A DNA stretch of 64,000 nucleotides from Micavibrio sp. (GCA_020718105.1 DYDA01000004.1:6124-70123), one strand, 5' to 3'. Counted from the first letter of the stretch, positions 27,665 to 37,996 are shown. Translations and numbers: made by a program. Notes: generated by a model from the letters alone, not told the origin.

Positions 27665-29425
27665 TTATAAAAGCTGCTCTAGCGTTGTGAAAAGTTCTTT
27701 GACAACGGACATAACGTGCGCCGATGCCGCATAAGCATTTTGAAGCGTGGTGAGATTGACAAGCTCGTTATCGACGTTAACGCCTGTCTCGTTGGTGTAG
27801 CGTTCCTCAAGATAGGCTCGCGCATCTTCGGCTGTCGTGTTGAGGGTTGAAATATTGTTGGCGGCCTGTTGAAACGATGTGAGGCTGGATGTTGCCAAGG
27901 ATGTATAGTTTGAATTGGCGACACTAAGACCATCGGTGGTAAAGGCTCGCGTTGAATCCAGAAGCGCATCTGTCACAAGAGACGCTGCGGCGGCTTTGGC
28001 GGTTGCTGTGCCATTAAGGAGGGAGGCGTTGACGGCAAAGGTTGTGCGATCCGTTCCCGTGAAGAAATCCGTGGAAAGCTCGCCCGCTTGAACGGGAACG
28101 ATAATGCTATGCCCGCCGGACAGCTGATAGGCAGGCACAGAGGGAAGCGTCAGCGTTGTTGGATCGAGATTACCGGTTCCATTGATGGCCGATGTTACAA
28201 GCGTGGAGGGCGCGGCAGTGATGGCGGCGGCCAGATTGGTCCAAAGATCGTGCGTTCCCGGCACGGCGCCGTCAGAGAGATTGTCGTAAACTTCTGTTGT
28301 GGTTCCATCGGTAATCGTCGCCATATAGTTGCCGATGTTTATGGGATCGTCAGCCAGCGTGATGGTAATGCTGTTTCCTGACGAGCCGGAATTAACGGCG
28401 GTAAAGGCCAACGCGTTCGTCAACGTCGTCGTCGCAAAGGTCACATCGGGAAGAGAATTGTAGGCCGTTGCAAAAGTAACCTCGCCTGACGTGGCTGACG
28501 TTGTCAGAGTCGTAAAGGCTGAGACGATGGTGTCAAGCTGGCTGCGCATTTTTTGGATGACGTTTGTCGCAGGATCGGTGCTGACGGTCACGGTGGTGGC
28601 GCGAAAATTGACCAACGCGTCAAGCGTGCCGCCGCTGAGCGCGCTGTTGAGGGAAAGGGTTGTGTTGGCCGTTGAGGTGATGTTCGTTCCGTCATAGGTA
28701 AACGTGCGAGCTGAGGATCCATCAACAAGCTGATAGCCTGTGGCGGTATAAAGCGCGATTTGGCCAAAATCTCTGTCCAGAACGGTGACGCCCGTTAGTT
28801 CAGAAACCTTGAGGATCAACTGATCGCGTTGATCTTGAAGGTCGCCAGAGGAAAGGTTAGAGGTTGTCGCTTGCGCGATTTTTTGGTTGATGTCTTTGAT
28901 TTGGTCAAGATATGCGTTGAGGTCAGAAACGGTGCTGCTGATATCGTTAGAGCATTGACGATCAAGCGATTCTATTTCCGATGCGATACGCTGAACCTCA
29001 TCCGCAAAGGTTGAGGCATCTTGCACGACTTGACGCTTGGCCACCAAGCTTTCCGGAGAGGCGGCCAAATCTTTCCATGCGTTGATAAAGTTTGACATCG
29101 CCGTTGTCAGGGTTGGCGAGTCGCTGGCGCTTGTGCCAAGGATGTCTTGGATTTGTTGAAGATAGTCGTTTTGTGTTGAGCGCAAGGAGGCGCTGGAGGT
29201 TGCTCTTGTGAGTGTCGTATAGAGGGCGCTGTTTTCTGCGCGCGTGAATCCCGCCACGCTAACGCCGCCACCAACGGCGCCAAGCGTTGCCGGTGACAGT
29301 GTGGCTTTTTTGGTCGTATAGCCTGTCGTGGCCGCGTTCGAGATGTTGCTGGCCGTCAACTCAAGCTGCGTTGACGTCGCTTGAATCCCTGAAAGCGAAA
29401 TGGTGAGGGCTGAGGCGAGAGACAT
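27665..29425 (-). CDS. flgK: flagellar hook-associated protein 1 FlgK
   Basis: N-terminus MSLASALTISLSGIQATSTQLELTASNISNAATTGYT and C-terminus LTTLQNAYAASAHVMSVVKELFTTL match the FlgK rod/hook-family termini. Confidence 0.8.
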   Translation of the reverse strand: MSLASALTISLSGIQATSTQLELTASNISNAATTGYTTKKATLSPATLGAVGGGVSVAGFTRAENSALYTTLTRATSSASLRSTQNDYLQQIQDILGTSASDSPTLTTAMSNFINAWKDLAASPESLVAKRQVVQDASTFADEVQRIASEIESLDRQCSNDISSTVSDLNAYLDQIKDINQKIAQATTSNLSSGDLQDQRDQLILKVSELTGVTVLDRDFGQIALYTATGYQLVDGSSARTFTYDGTNITSTANTTLSLNSALSGGTLDALVNFRATTVTVSTDPATNVIQKMRSQLDTIVSAFTTLTTSATSGEVTFATAYNSLPDVTFATTTLTNALAFTAVNSGSSGNSITITLADDPINIGNYMATITDGTTTEVYDNLSDGAVPGTHDLWTNLAAAITAAPSTLVTSAINGTGNLDPTTLTLPSVPAYQLSGGHSIIVPVQAGELSTDFFTGTDRTTFAVNASLLNGTATAKAAAASLVTDALLDSTRAFTTDGLSVANSNYTSLATSSLTSFQQAANNISTLNTTAEDARAYLEERYTNETGVNVDNELVNLTTLQNAYAASAHVMSVVKELFTTLEQLL

Positions 29426-29459
29426 GCTCCTTCTATCCTTTGTAAGAGGACATCATCCG

Positions 29460-31115
29460 TTACCGGATGATGTTGATCGCTTCTTGCATCATGTTGTTGG
29501 TTGTCGTGATCGTTTTGGCGTTGGCCGAATAGACTTGCTGCGCTTGGATGAGTTTTGTGAACTCGTCCGCGATATCGACGTTCGAGCCTTCCAGCGCGTT
29601 GCCGACAATCGTGCCCGCGCCGTTGGTTCCCGGAGAGCTGTAACGCGCTGAACCGGAGGCTAGCGTTTGTTCATACGCGCCGCCCGTGACGCGTTGCAGC
29701 TTATCTTGAGCGAAAAACTGAACAACAGGGATTTGCGCGATCGTGCGCGTGCGCCCGTTATCGTAGTTCAGCGCGACATACCCGTTTGCATCGATCGAAA
29801 GACTTTGGAACGAACCGCGAGGGATACCGTTTTGATCAAAGGTTGTCACCGACACGGTTGTGTCGTCAAACTGCGTCACGCCTTTGGACATATCATAGGT
29901 GCCAAAATCGACGGTGACCGTTTGGGATCCTGCGCCTGCAAAATCAAGACTAAAGCTAACCTCGGCTTTGTTTTCAACGGCGGCTGTATTATCGACAACC
30001 GTATATGATTCAGCGGCTGCGCCTCCGGCAAGGTTATAGGTGGCGGGAAGCGTTAAGGTTGAGGGGGCAAGATTGCCCGTTCCGTTGGTGGTTGCGCCAA
30101 CAAGCGTGGACGGGAGCGCCGCAATCGCGGCGTCCAAGTTTGTCCAAAGGGCGTTGGCTGGTAGGTTTGTGACATCGGTATAGGTTTCCGTCGTCGTGCC
30201 GTTTGTGATGGTGACGGTATAGAGATTGGCTGCAGAACCTGCCGCAATGGTGACATCGATATTGTTGCCCGCGACCCCTGTCGCAAGCGCCGTAAAGTCA
30301 AGACCGTTGGTGATGGCTACCGTGGACGCTACCGCTGCCGAAGCTGCGCCGATAGAATCGATCGTACCGGCGTTGGTTGTGTCGTTAAAGGAAAAGGGCA
30401 TCGTGACGTCATAATCCGTATAGGTCGGTGGCGTGCCGCCGTCCGAGATAGCGTCTGGAACAACAACGTGAAGGCTCCATTCGCTCGTTGCTGTTTTCGT
30501 CCAAGCAAAGGTCATGTCGTGCGCGCCGCCCAGCGAATCATAAACTTGAATGGTGGAGGGAGAGGAAACGAAATTAACGTCCTCGCTTGATGGAAGGTTG
30601 GCAGCATAATCGACAGCCGATGTTCCAACGGGATTGTCCAACAAATCGGACAAACGAATAGGATCGGCAGAGGATGTGTCAACAACGCCATTAAGATCGA
30701 CGGTATAGCCTGTTAAATAGTATCCGCCGCCGTTGACGAGAAAGCCGCTTTTATCAAGATTAAAATCGCCGGAGCGGGTGAAGTAGGTGGTGTTGCCGAA
30801 CGTCGTCGTACCATCCGCGCCGACAACGGCTGGACGAACGGGGAAGAACCCTTGACCTGAAATGGCCAGCGCCGTCGCGTTGGAGGACTGAACAAGGTTG
30901 CCTTGCTCACTGTTCGTGTAATAAGGCGTGGCGCGCACGCCGCCCGGATCGTTGGCGAACTGGTTGGATTGGGTGACCAGCGATTCAAAACGCGTTTCAA
31001 TGGCCTTGAACCCTGTTGTTTGTGAGTTGGCCAAATTATCGGAAATGTTGCCGATAGATGCCGATTGGGCCGTAAGGCCGCCGACGGCGACCTGCATAGC
31101 TGCGTAGAGAGACAT
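29460..31115 (-). CDS. flgE: flagellar hook protein FlgE
   Basis: Start moved to MSLYAAMQVAVGGLTAQSASIGNISDNLANSQTTGFK (ATG at 31115), which matches the FlgE N-terminal consensus. C-terminus LIQAQQVYSANAKTITT is the hook-family C-terminal motif. Confidence 0.85.
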   Translation of the reverse strand: MSLYAAMQVAVGGLTAQSASIGNISDNLANSQTTGFKAIETRFESLVTQSNQFANDPGGVRATPYYTNSEQGNLVQSSNATALAISGQGFFPVRPAVVGADGTTTFGNTTYFTRSGDFNLDKSGFLVNGGGYYLTGYTVDLNGVVDTSSADPIRLSDLLDNPVGTSAVDYAANLPSSEDVNFVSSPSTIQVYDSLGGAHDMTFAWTKTATSEWSLHVVVPDAISDGGTPPTYTDYDVTMPFSFNDTTNAGTIDSIGAASAAVASTVAITNGLDFTALATGVAGNNIDVTIAAGSAANLYTVTITNGTTTETYTDVTNLPANALWTNLDAAIAALPSTLVGATTNGTGNLAPSTLTLPATYNLAGGAAAESYTVVDNTAAVENKAEVSFSLDFAGAGSQTVTVDFGTYDMSKGVTQFDDTTVSVTTFDQNGIPRGSFQSLSIDANGYVALNYDNGRTRTIAQIPVVQFFAQDKLQRVTGGAYEQTLASGSARYSSPGTNGAGTIVGNALEGSNVDIADEFTKLIQAQQVYSANAKTITTTNNMMQEAINIIR

Positions 31116-31294
31116 GAAACACCTCAGTCGTTGGATAAAACTCATAAGGGTATCAGCAAGAGATGTGCCAAAGTGCAAGCTGTTGAAAACAATTAAAATT
31201 AAGGAGAGATAAGGAGGGGTTTCTTGCCGAGCCTCGGCACTTCTTGCCTTATGCGTAGGGCTGGGCAAAAAACGAAGGCATTGACAAGAAGGGG

Positions 31295-31339
31295 GAACCA
31301 AAGTAGAACAAAAAACCCCCTTTTGTTCTACTTTGGCTC
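31295..31339. promoter_or_regulatory. LexA operator(s), alphaproteobacterial GTTC-N7-GTTC type, upstream of lexA
   Basis: GAACcaaagtaGAAC at 31295-31309 is a perfect direct-repeat box. GTTCtactttgGCTC at 31325-31339 is an imperfect inverted copy 15 nt downstream. Both lie ~35-75 nt upstream of the lexA ATG. Confidence 0.6.
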
Positions 31340-31369
31340 TGGGGGAGAGTCAGGCAAGGAGAGCCCATC

Positions 31370-32071
31370 ATGTTGACCCGTAAGCAAAAAGAAATCCTCC
31401 TTCTAATCCGTGACCGTTTGGCCAGCGATGGCGTTCCCCCTTCGTTTGATGAAATGAAGGAAGCTTTGGGCTTGCGCTCAAAATCAGGCATTCACCGATT
31501 GATTTCGGGGCTGGAGGAGCGGGGCTTTATCCGTCGCTTGCCGCATCGGGCGCGGGCGTTGGAAATCATCAAGCTTCCCGAAGGCAGCGAAGCTAAGGGA
31601 GTCAAAGGGGTTCGCAAAGCTCGCGCTGTGGCGGGGGCTTTGGTTGAACAAGCCGCACAGGTGGCCTCTACTCTTCTCAGTCTGCCGCTTTATGGGCGCA
31701 TCGCGGCGGGCACGCCAATTGAGGCGATCAGCGACGTGCAAAACCATCTTGAAATCCCCCCCTCGCTTCTCTCCAACATCAAGGGCAATGTGGCGGGCGA
31801 GCATTACGCGCTGGAAGTCGCGGGCGATTCAATGATCGAGGCGGGCATCATGGATGGCGATCATGTCATCATTCGTCGCGCCGATACGGCCCACAATGGT
31901 GCGATCGTTGTGGCGCTGGTTGATGAGAATGAAGCGACGCTCAAGTATTTTGAAAAGCGCAAAGAGGGCATAGCCCTTATCCCCGCGAATGAGCGGTATG
32001 AAACGCGCCTCCTCAACCCCTCGCGGATTAAGGTGCAGGGGACGTTGGTGGGGTTGGTGCGGAAGTATTAG
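31370..32071 (+). CDS. lexA: LexA repressor
   Basis: N-terminal winged HTH ([17 protein letters not shown]...[30 protein letters not shown]). C-terminal S24 peptidase with GDSM Ser and the downstream catalytic Lys. Confidence 0.9.
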   Translation: MLTRKQKEILLLIRDRLASDGVPPSFDEMKEALGLRSKSGIHRLISGLEERGFIRRLPHRARALEIIKLPEGSEAKGVKGVRKARAVAGALVEQAAQVASTLLSLPLYGRIAAGTPIEAISDVQNHLEIPPSLLSNIKGNVAGEHYALEVAGDSMIEAGIMDGDHVIIRRADTAHNGAIVVALVDENEATLKYFEKRKEGIALIPANERYETRLLNPSRIKVQGTLVGLVRKY

Positions 32072-34248
32072 AGACTCTCTGCTCCAGCGTTGGCTTTTGG
32101 GTTCTTTTCTGCGGGATTCCACCCCACGGACCAAGGGCGAAGGTGGCCTTTCGTGCGGACGGTATCGATGCGAACCGTGTCGTTTTTCTCAAAGGTCAGC
32201 GTGTGAGCGCCACCTTTGGCTAACGCGGCTTGATCGATCATAATCGTCTGGGGGCATGGCGGCATCGGCACAAAGGCAACCGTCACGGTCGTTGTGGGGC
32301 AGGCAGGCGGCGTGGCGGATGTTGTTTCCTGACCCTTGGGCGGGGGCATTAGAAACATGATGGACAGGTTGCCCTTTTCATAAAGGCAATGTGTTTCATC
32401 ACAAAAAAGGTCTTTGTCGAATTCGGGAAGATGTTTGGCCGAGAAATAGGCAATATCGGGATTGCCGCCGTGTTGCCTCCACTGCGCAATGGTGAAATTT
32501 TCCTCGCGCTTACCAAAGGCGGCCATGGTGCCATCGCTCAGGCGCACCGCCCAAACAGGGGCGTCGGCAGCGATAAAAACATCGGGCTGCGTGACGGTGA
32601 GTGGATAGAAGAAAACGGCGGCGATGGGCAGAAGCCCCGCATAGCGCCAGCGCTTTCGCCACAGGCAAAGCCACAGCCCGCCCGCGAGAAAAGAAAAAAG
32701 CGCCCATGGTGGCATAGGGGGCAAATAGATTTGAGCCAAGGGCCATGAGGCTACTTGTTCAGCCAGCACAATGATTCCTTTGACCCCCCATCCTGCCGCG
32801 TCGATGAACCAGCCGCTCGCGCCAAAGGGGGCTGTGATATAGGTCAAGAGCAAGAAAGGCATCACCCACAGCGTTGTCAGCGGAATGGCGATGATGTTGG
32901 CAATCACGCCGTAAAAATTAAAGGACTGAAAATGAAAAAGCGTGAAAGGCGTCGTGGCTGCCGTGGCAATGAGTGAGGTAAGAACGATATCCTTTAAGTG
33001 CCGCCATAAGGGGGCAAGCCGATGATGTGGCGTTGGTACGTTTTTCTTTTCTGTAAGGCTCCATCCGTCTTTAAGAAGAACGTCCAGTTGTTTTTCATAA
33101 ACGGCGACCATGGCCAGCACCGCCGCGAAGGACATTTGAAAGCTTGCCCCCATCGCGGCGCTGGGGGTTATCAGCATAATGGCGATGGCCGCCAAAGCGA
33201 CAAGGCGAAGGCTAAGCGCTTTGCGATCCATGATAACGGCCAGCATGATGAGCGCGGTCATAAGGGCTGAGCGCACCGTGGGCGCGTCTGCGCCTACCAA
33301 AAGCGTGTAGAGGCTTGTTGCGATGATGGCCGCGCTTGCCGCTCCTTTTTTGATGGAAAAGCGTAGGGCAATCCATGGAAAGAGCGCCAACAAAAAGCGC
33401 AAGGGGACATAAACCAACAGGGCCATCATGCTAACATGCACGCCGGAAATGGAAAGCAGGTGGGAGAGGCCAGAGGCACGCATGGCTTGCATAGAGTCTT
33501 GATCGATGGCGGTTTGACTGCCTGATAGCAGGGCGGCGGTCATGGCTTTTTCTTTGATTTGCTCCGGTGAGCTCAGGCGATCAAAGGTCATGAGGATCAA
33601 GGCGCGACGCGCCTTTTCGAACATCAAATAGAAGCCGTCCCAAAAGAAGCGAAGAGGGTAAAGCGACTCTCTTTCGCGTAACTCAACATAGGATAACCCC
33701 GTCGCTCCAATTTGCTTGAAAAAGGCTTGCCGCCGGAAATCATAGCCGTCCGGAAGCGCGGGGTCGGCGGGGGGCCAAAGGGGGCCCCACAGATTAACGC
33801 GGCTTCCGACTTCGGGCAGGTCGGTAAAAGGCGTTCTGACTTTTACGCGCAGGAGGCGGGGACGATCCTCTTTGGGCACGTTTTTGATGGACGGGGATTT
33901 AAGCGTTAGGCGTGATCCTTCGGGCAGCGCTTCAGCTCGGATCAAGGTTCCCGTTATGGATGTCGGCTCTAGCTTCGTATCGAGAAGCGGTTTTTTGATC
34001 TGGGCAGTTTCAAACTGCGCCGCATTAAAGCCTAAGGAAAAGGCAAGCAAGCAGGCTAAAACGGGGGACAGAATGGCGTTGTGGCGCAGCAACAGAAAGC
34101 CTGTCAGAAAAAAGGGGGCAGCAAGGCAGACGGAAAAGGGAGGCTCAAAAGGCAGGGCAAAATAGACGATAATTCCGCAGACCATAAAGACAGGAGTCCA
34201 TAAGAACCAGCGTTCGCGTTCGTCTAAAAGGGATTGAAATGGGTTCAC
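32068..34248 (-). CDS. comEC: ComEC/Rec2-family DNA internalization competence protein
   Basis: 726-aa polytopic membrane protein. N-terminal DUF4131-like region and central competence-domain TM bundle. Conserved lexA-comEC-gltX neighbourhood of alphaproteobacteria. Confidence 0.7.
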   Translation of the reverse strand: MNPFQSLLDERERWFLWTPVFMVCGIIVYFALPFEPPFSVCLAAPFFLTGFLLLRHNAILSPVLACLLAFSLGFNAAQFETAQIKKPLLDTKLEPTSITGTLIRAEALPEGSRLTLKSPSIKNVPKEDRPRLLRVKVRTPFTDLPEVGSRVNLWGPLWPPADPALPDGYDFRRQAFFKQIGATGLSYVELRERESLYPLRFFWDGFYLMFEKARRALILMTFDRLSSPEQIKEKAMTAALLSGSQTAIDQDSMQAMRASGLSHLLSISGVHVSMMALLVYVPLRFLLALFPWIALRFSIKKGAASAAIIATSLYTLLVGADAPTVRSALMTALIMLAVIMDRKALSLRLVALAAIAIMLITPSAAMGASFQMSFAAVLAMVAVYEKQLDVLLKDGWSLTEKKNVPTPHHRLAPLWRHLKDIVLTSLIATAATTPFTLFHFQSFNFYGVIANIIAIPLTTLWVMPFLLLTYITAPFGASGWFIDAAGWGVKGIIVLAEQVASWPLAQIYLPPMPPWALFSFLAGGLWLCLWRKRWRYAGLLPIAAVFFYPLTVTQPDVFIAADAPVWAVRLSDGTMAAFGKREENFTIAQWRQHGGNPDIAYFSAKHLPEFDKDLFCDETHCLYEKGNLSIMFLMPPPKGQETTSATPPACPTTTVTVAFVPMPPCPQTIMIDQAALAKGGAHTLTFEKNDTVRIDTVRTKGHLRPWSVGWNPAEKNPKANAGAESL

Positions 34249-34307
34249 AAGGAGACTCAGATAAGGTATAGGACATTGGAAATATAAACAATTTTTGTGC
34301 GGTTGTC

Positions 34308-35732
34308 TTGCTCATGTCTGTCGTTGTTCGCTTTGCCCCGTCGCCTACCGGATTCCTTCATATTGGGGGGGCGCGTACCGCGCTTTTTAATTGGCTTTAT
34401 GCCCGTCATACGGGTGGCCAATTCTTGATGCGGGTGGAGGATACGGATCGCCAGCGGTCAACACCGGAATCGGTTCAAACGATTTTGGACGGCATGACGT
34501 GGCTGGGCATGGATTGGGACAACAATGATCCCGCGCTCAATCATGGGAAGCATTATTATTCTCAGTTTGATATGGCTTCTCGCCATCGGGAGGTTGCGCA
34601 GAAGATGGTGGCGAATGGGACGGCTTATTATTGTTATGCCTCGCCGCAAGAGTTGGACGCCATGCGCTGTGAGCAAAAGGAAAAGGGGCTGCCGCAAAAA
34701 TATGATGGTCGGTGGCGTGATCGTCCCGCCCATGAGGCTCCCGAAGGCGTGAAGCCTGTGGTTCGCTTAAAGGCTCCGCAGACGGGGGAGACAGTTGTCG
34801 AGGATAAGGTTCTTGGGCGCGTTACTGTTCAAAACGCACAGCTTGATGACATGATCCTTCTTCGTGCGGATGGCACGCCCACTTATATGTTGGCCGTTGT
34901 CGTGGACGATCATGATATGGGCATCACGCATGTTGTTCGCGGTGACGATCATTTTACCAACACGTTCCGGCAGGTTCAGATTTATAAGGCGATGGGGTGG
35001 GACGTCCCGACCTTTGCCCATTTACCCATGATTTTGGGGCCGGATGGGGCCAAGCTTTCCAAGCGGCATGGTGCGCCCGCCGTGTCGGACTATCGCGATC
35101 GTGGCTATTTGCCAGAGGCGATTCGCAATTATCTTCTTCGCCTTTGCTGGGGGCATGGTGATGATGAAATTATTTCAACCGATCAAGCGATTGAATGGTT
35201 TGATTTTGATGGTGTTGGGCGTTCCCCTGCGCGGTTTGATTTTGCCAAGCTGAACCACCTCAATGCGCATTATATTGGATTAATGGAAAACGACAAACTG
35301 GCGCTGGCAACGCTGCCTTTCTTAGAAAAAAGGCTGGGACGCGCTGTTGGCGCGGCAGAGCAAGCCTTGCTTGAAAAAGCCTTACCTGACATCAAGCCTC
35401 GCGTTCAGCTTTTGACCGAAATTGCCGAGGCGGCGCAGTTTTATTTTGATGTGTTAGAACCTGATGAAAAAGCTCAAAAAATCCTGACGCCGGAGGCTAA
35501 GGGTCATTTAGCGGCGCTTTTAAAGCGGATCGATGCCCTTGATGCCTTCACGCACGATGTTCTTGAAGGGCTGTTCCGCTCTTATGCCGAAGAAAACGGC
35601 CTGAAGCTTGGTTCTGTGGCACAGCCCTTGCGGGCGGCGCTGACAGGGCGCGGCGTCTCCCCCCCCATTTTTACGGCGGCGGCTCTGTTGGGGAAGGGCG
35701 AGGTTTTAAGGCGGCTTGGGGGCGTGCTATAA
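34308..35732 (+). CDS. gltX: glutamate--tRNA ligase
   Basis: Class I HIGH motif (RFAPSPTGFLHIGGARTAL) and KMSKS motif (KLSKRHG). 474 aa. Confidence 0.9.
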   Translation: MLMSVVVRFAPSPTGFLHIGGARTALFNWLYARHTGGQFLMRVEDTDRQRSTPESVQTILDGMTWLGMDWDNNDPALNHGKHYYSQFDMASRHREVAQKMVANGTAYYCYASPQELDAMRCEQKEKGLPQKYDGRWRDRPAHEAPEGVKPVVRLKAPQTGETVVEDKVLGRVTVQNAQLDDMILLRADGTPTYMLAVVVDDHDMGITHVVRGDDHFTNTFRQVQIYKAMGWDVPTFAHLPMILGPDGAKLSKRHGAPAVSDYRDRGYLPEAIRNYLLRLCWGHGDDEIISTDQAIEWFDFDGVGRSPARFDFAKLNHLNAHYIGLMENDKLALATLPFLEKRLGRAVGAAEQALLEKALPDIKPRVQLLTEIAEAAQFYFDVLEPDEKAQKILTPEAKGHLAALLKRIDALDAFTHDVLEGLFRSYAEENGLKLGSVAQPLRAALTGRGVSPPIFTAAALLGKGEVLRRLGGVL

Positions 35733-35861
35733 CTTGATGATGGCTTCTTAATAAAAATTTGAGGAATGAGGCATTATTTCATAAAATACTTTCATAAGGT
35801 ATGCTATTGGTTTCTTCGGGATTTTACCCTTATCGGAAAATAGGCAAGCAGGAAAGTTGAA

Positions 35862-36362
35862 ATGACCACTGATTCATCGTCACAGACGCTTGTAGAAACA
35901 AAGTCCCAAGATAAAGGCGGCGATGGGCAAAGCGTTCAGGCCTCTTCCCCCCCTTCGTGGCTTGATCAAGATGTTGCGCTTCGCCGTTTGTGGGAAGAAA
36001 ACAAAACACCAGAAGCTATTGCAGAAGAATTAGGCCGTTCTATTGCCGCGATCATGACGCGGGCGGCGCGGCTTGGGTTGCCGCGACGTTCGGCGCCTGG
36101 GCGCAAGCGTGGGTATAAAAGAACGGATGCGCCGCGTCGCGTGACGAAGAAGGTTCAATGTATTAAGGCTGCTGTTCCAACGGAATTGGGCGGGGGTGAC
36201 ACTTATGCACCACCTCAAGTCTCGATGCGAATTTGTTTGATGTGTTTAAACAAGTTTCAATCATTGGGGCGGTTTAATCGCATTTGTCCGAGCTGTAAGG
36301 GCTCGGCGGAATATGCCACGGGAAGCAGCACACCAGACTTCACGTTTCGTGTGACAAGCTAA
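35862..36362 (+). CDS. GcrA-like cell-cycle regulator domain protein with C-terminal Cys4 ribbon
   Basis: SWLDQDVALRRLWEENKTPEAIAEELGRSIAAIMTRAARLGLPRR resembles the GcrA N-terminal DNA-binding domain. C-terminus CLMCLNK...ICPSCK is a CxxC...CxxC motif. AT-rich promoter region upstream. Confidence 0.45.
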   Translation: MTTDSSSQTLVETKSQDKGGDGQSVQASSPPSWLDQDVALRRLWEENKTPEAIAEELGRSIAAIMTRAARLGLPRRSAPGRKRGYKRTDAPRRVTKKVQCIKAAVPTELGGGDTYAPPQVSMRICLMCLNKFQSLGRFNRICPSCKGSAEYATGSSTPDFTFRVTS

Positions 36363-36428
36363 AAAAGCGGTTTTGAAGGCTCGTTGATGGCGATGCCTTT
36401 TGTTTTAGAAGAAGGTTAAGGGGGTCCA

Positions 36429-37061
36429 ATGTCGTTATCGGATGCGGTTTCAACGGTTTTATCGCGCAATGTGTTTTATCGTGATGGCTATAGGCTTCTT
36501 GTCCGCATCAGCCTTGTTCAAAGTCTCTCCATTGTTCTGTTGATTGCGGCGATTATCGCCATGCTTCTTTCCATGGAAACGCGGCGCGTTTATTTTGCGA
36601 CAACATCCGATGGGCGTATCATTAACATTGTTCCGCTTAATGAGCCTTATCGTTCACGCGGCGATGTTGTTGCGTGGGCGGCTGGGCGCGCCCAAGAGGT
36701 CATGCGTTTTGGATATAACGACTTTCGTCAAAGACTTCAGGCCTCTTCTGTCAATTTTACGGCGACGGGATGGGAAAGCTTCACAAAGGCTATGCGCGAG
36801 GCGCGTATTCTTGAGGCTATTGAGGCGCGCAAGCTAACGGTTTCCATGCAAATTGAAGCCGCGCCCGAAGTTAAAAAGGCGATGGACAATCAAGGCGTTT
36901 ACACATGGTATCTCCAGTTTCCTGTCTCGATCAAGTTTGATGGCCAAGAAGTCCTCGCGCCTATTCAAGCTACGCTGGTTCTTCAGGTTGTGCGCGTTTC
37001 TACGCTGCAAAGTCCCGAAGGCATCAGTATTGAGCAGTGGATTGCTGTTCCAAGGAGTTAA
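36429..37061 (+). CDS. DotI/IcmL-like (VirB8-fold) T4BSS inner-membrane protein
   Basis: 210 aa (Legionella IcmL is 212 aa). Single N-terminal TM followed by a periplasmic domain. First gene of a cluster collinear with icmL-K-E-G-C-D-J. Confidence 0.5.
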   Translation: MSLSDAVSTVLSRNVFYRDGYRLLVRISLVQSLSIVLLIAAIIAMLLSMETRRVYFATTSDGRIINIVPLNEPYRSRGDVVAWAAGRAQEVMRFGYNDFRQRLQASSVNFTATGWESFTKAMREARILEAIEARKLTVSMQIEAAPEVKKAMDNQGVYTWYLQFPVSIKFDGQEVLAPIQATLVLQVVRVSTLQSPEGISIEQWIAVPRS

Positions 37062-37063
37062 GC

Positions 37064-37834
37064 GTGGGCGATTCATTCTCCAAGACTTCACCAGACGCGG
37101 CTTCTGAGCAGACAGCTTCCCCAAAGGAACCCGTCGCTCTTGGCGTTAAGCGGGATTCATGGCTGTCGGGGTTGACCCATTTTTTTCGGGATGATCCTCT
37201 TGTTGAAACAACACCATCAAATCCAAAAGCAGAAAGACTGCGATTCAAAAAGACGGCAGCAGGCGTACAAAGACGCATGTATATTGTCTTGGGGCTTGTC
37301 TTTCTTAATGTTCTTTTGGCTCCCCTTTTGCGGCCGACTTATCAGCACATAGCCTTTTCTGACGATAAAAAAACAAAGCCTTTGTTTTCGTTGTCAGAGC
37401 CCAATCAAACCGATCAAGCCGTGTTATCATGGGCGGCGACGAGCATTACGGAAATCATGACGTTTGGGTTCGGTGATTTTGATCAACGTATCTTGGCACA
37501 GCGTGCGCGTTTTACGGATGTGGGGTGGCAAAGTTTTCTTGATGCCTTGATAGAACAAAAGCTGCGCGAGGGCTTCAAAATGCGGCAGCTTGTCTTGACA
37601 ACGGTTCCAACGGATTCGCCCGTTATCGTTTCCAAGGGCGAGGCCGTGGATGAAGAATATGATGGAGAGGGGAAGATGTACCAATGGGTCGTTGAAATGC
37701 CCGTTATTATGACCTATACGACGAATAATAATGTTTCCTCGGCCAGCAAGGGCATTGTTCGGCTAACGATTGTCAGGGTGTCTGGGAAAAAAAATCCGAC
37801 AGGGATTGGCATAAAAACGTGGCGATTTGTGTGA
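37064..37834 (+). CDS. DotI/DotJ-family paralog
   Basis: Clear paralogy to the preceding gene (VVAWAAGRAQEVMRFGYNDFRQRL vs VLSWAATSITEIMTFGFGDFDQRI). GTG start at 37064 with AAGGAG RBS 6 nt upstream. The ORF track's earlier ATG at 37037 overlaps the upstream gene. Confidence 0.45.
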   Translation: MGDSFSKTSPDAASEQTASPKEPVALGVKRDSWLSGLTHFFRDDPLVETTPSNPKAERLRFKKTAAGVQRRMYIVLGLVFLNVLLAPLLRPTYQHIAFSDDKKTKPLFSLSEPNQTDQAVLSWAATSITEIMTFGFGDFDQRILAQRARFTDVGWQSFLDALIEQKLREGFKMRQLVLTTVPTDSPVIVSKGEAVDEEYDGEGKMYQWVVEMPVIMTYTTNNNVSSASKGIVRLTIVRVSGKKNPTGIGIKTWRFV

Positions 37835-37996
37835 TAAGAGCAGGGAAAGTGGCGGCGGCTTTTTGTTTTTCTGTGCGGGGAAGGCACGCCTTATTGGAAG
37901 AGAGAATAAAAAAAACATAAACTTTATATTAACACTGATTTGGTGAGAATGGGATAAGGAGCGGTAGAATGATTTACACTGATTCGGGGATGTCCT

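Noticed and set aside
37037-37063. ATG at 37037 as the start of the second DotI-like gene (as in the ORF track)
   Set aside because: It would overlap the upstream gene by 25 nt and add the implausible N-terminus MDCCSKELS. A GTG at 37064 with an AAGGAG RBS at ideal spacing is more likely.
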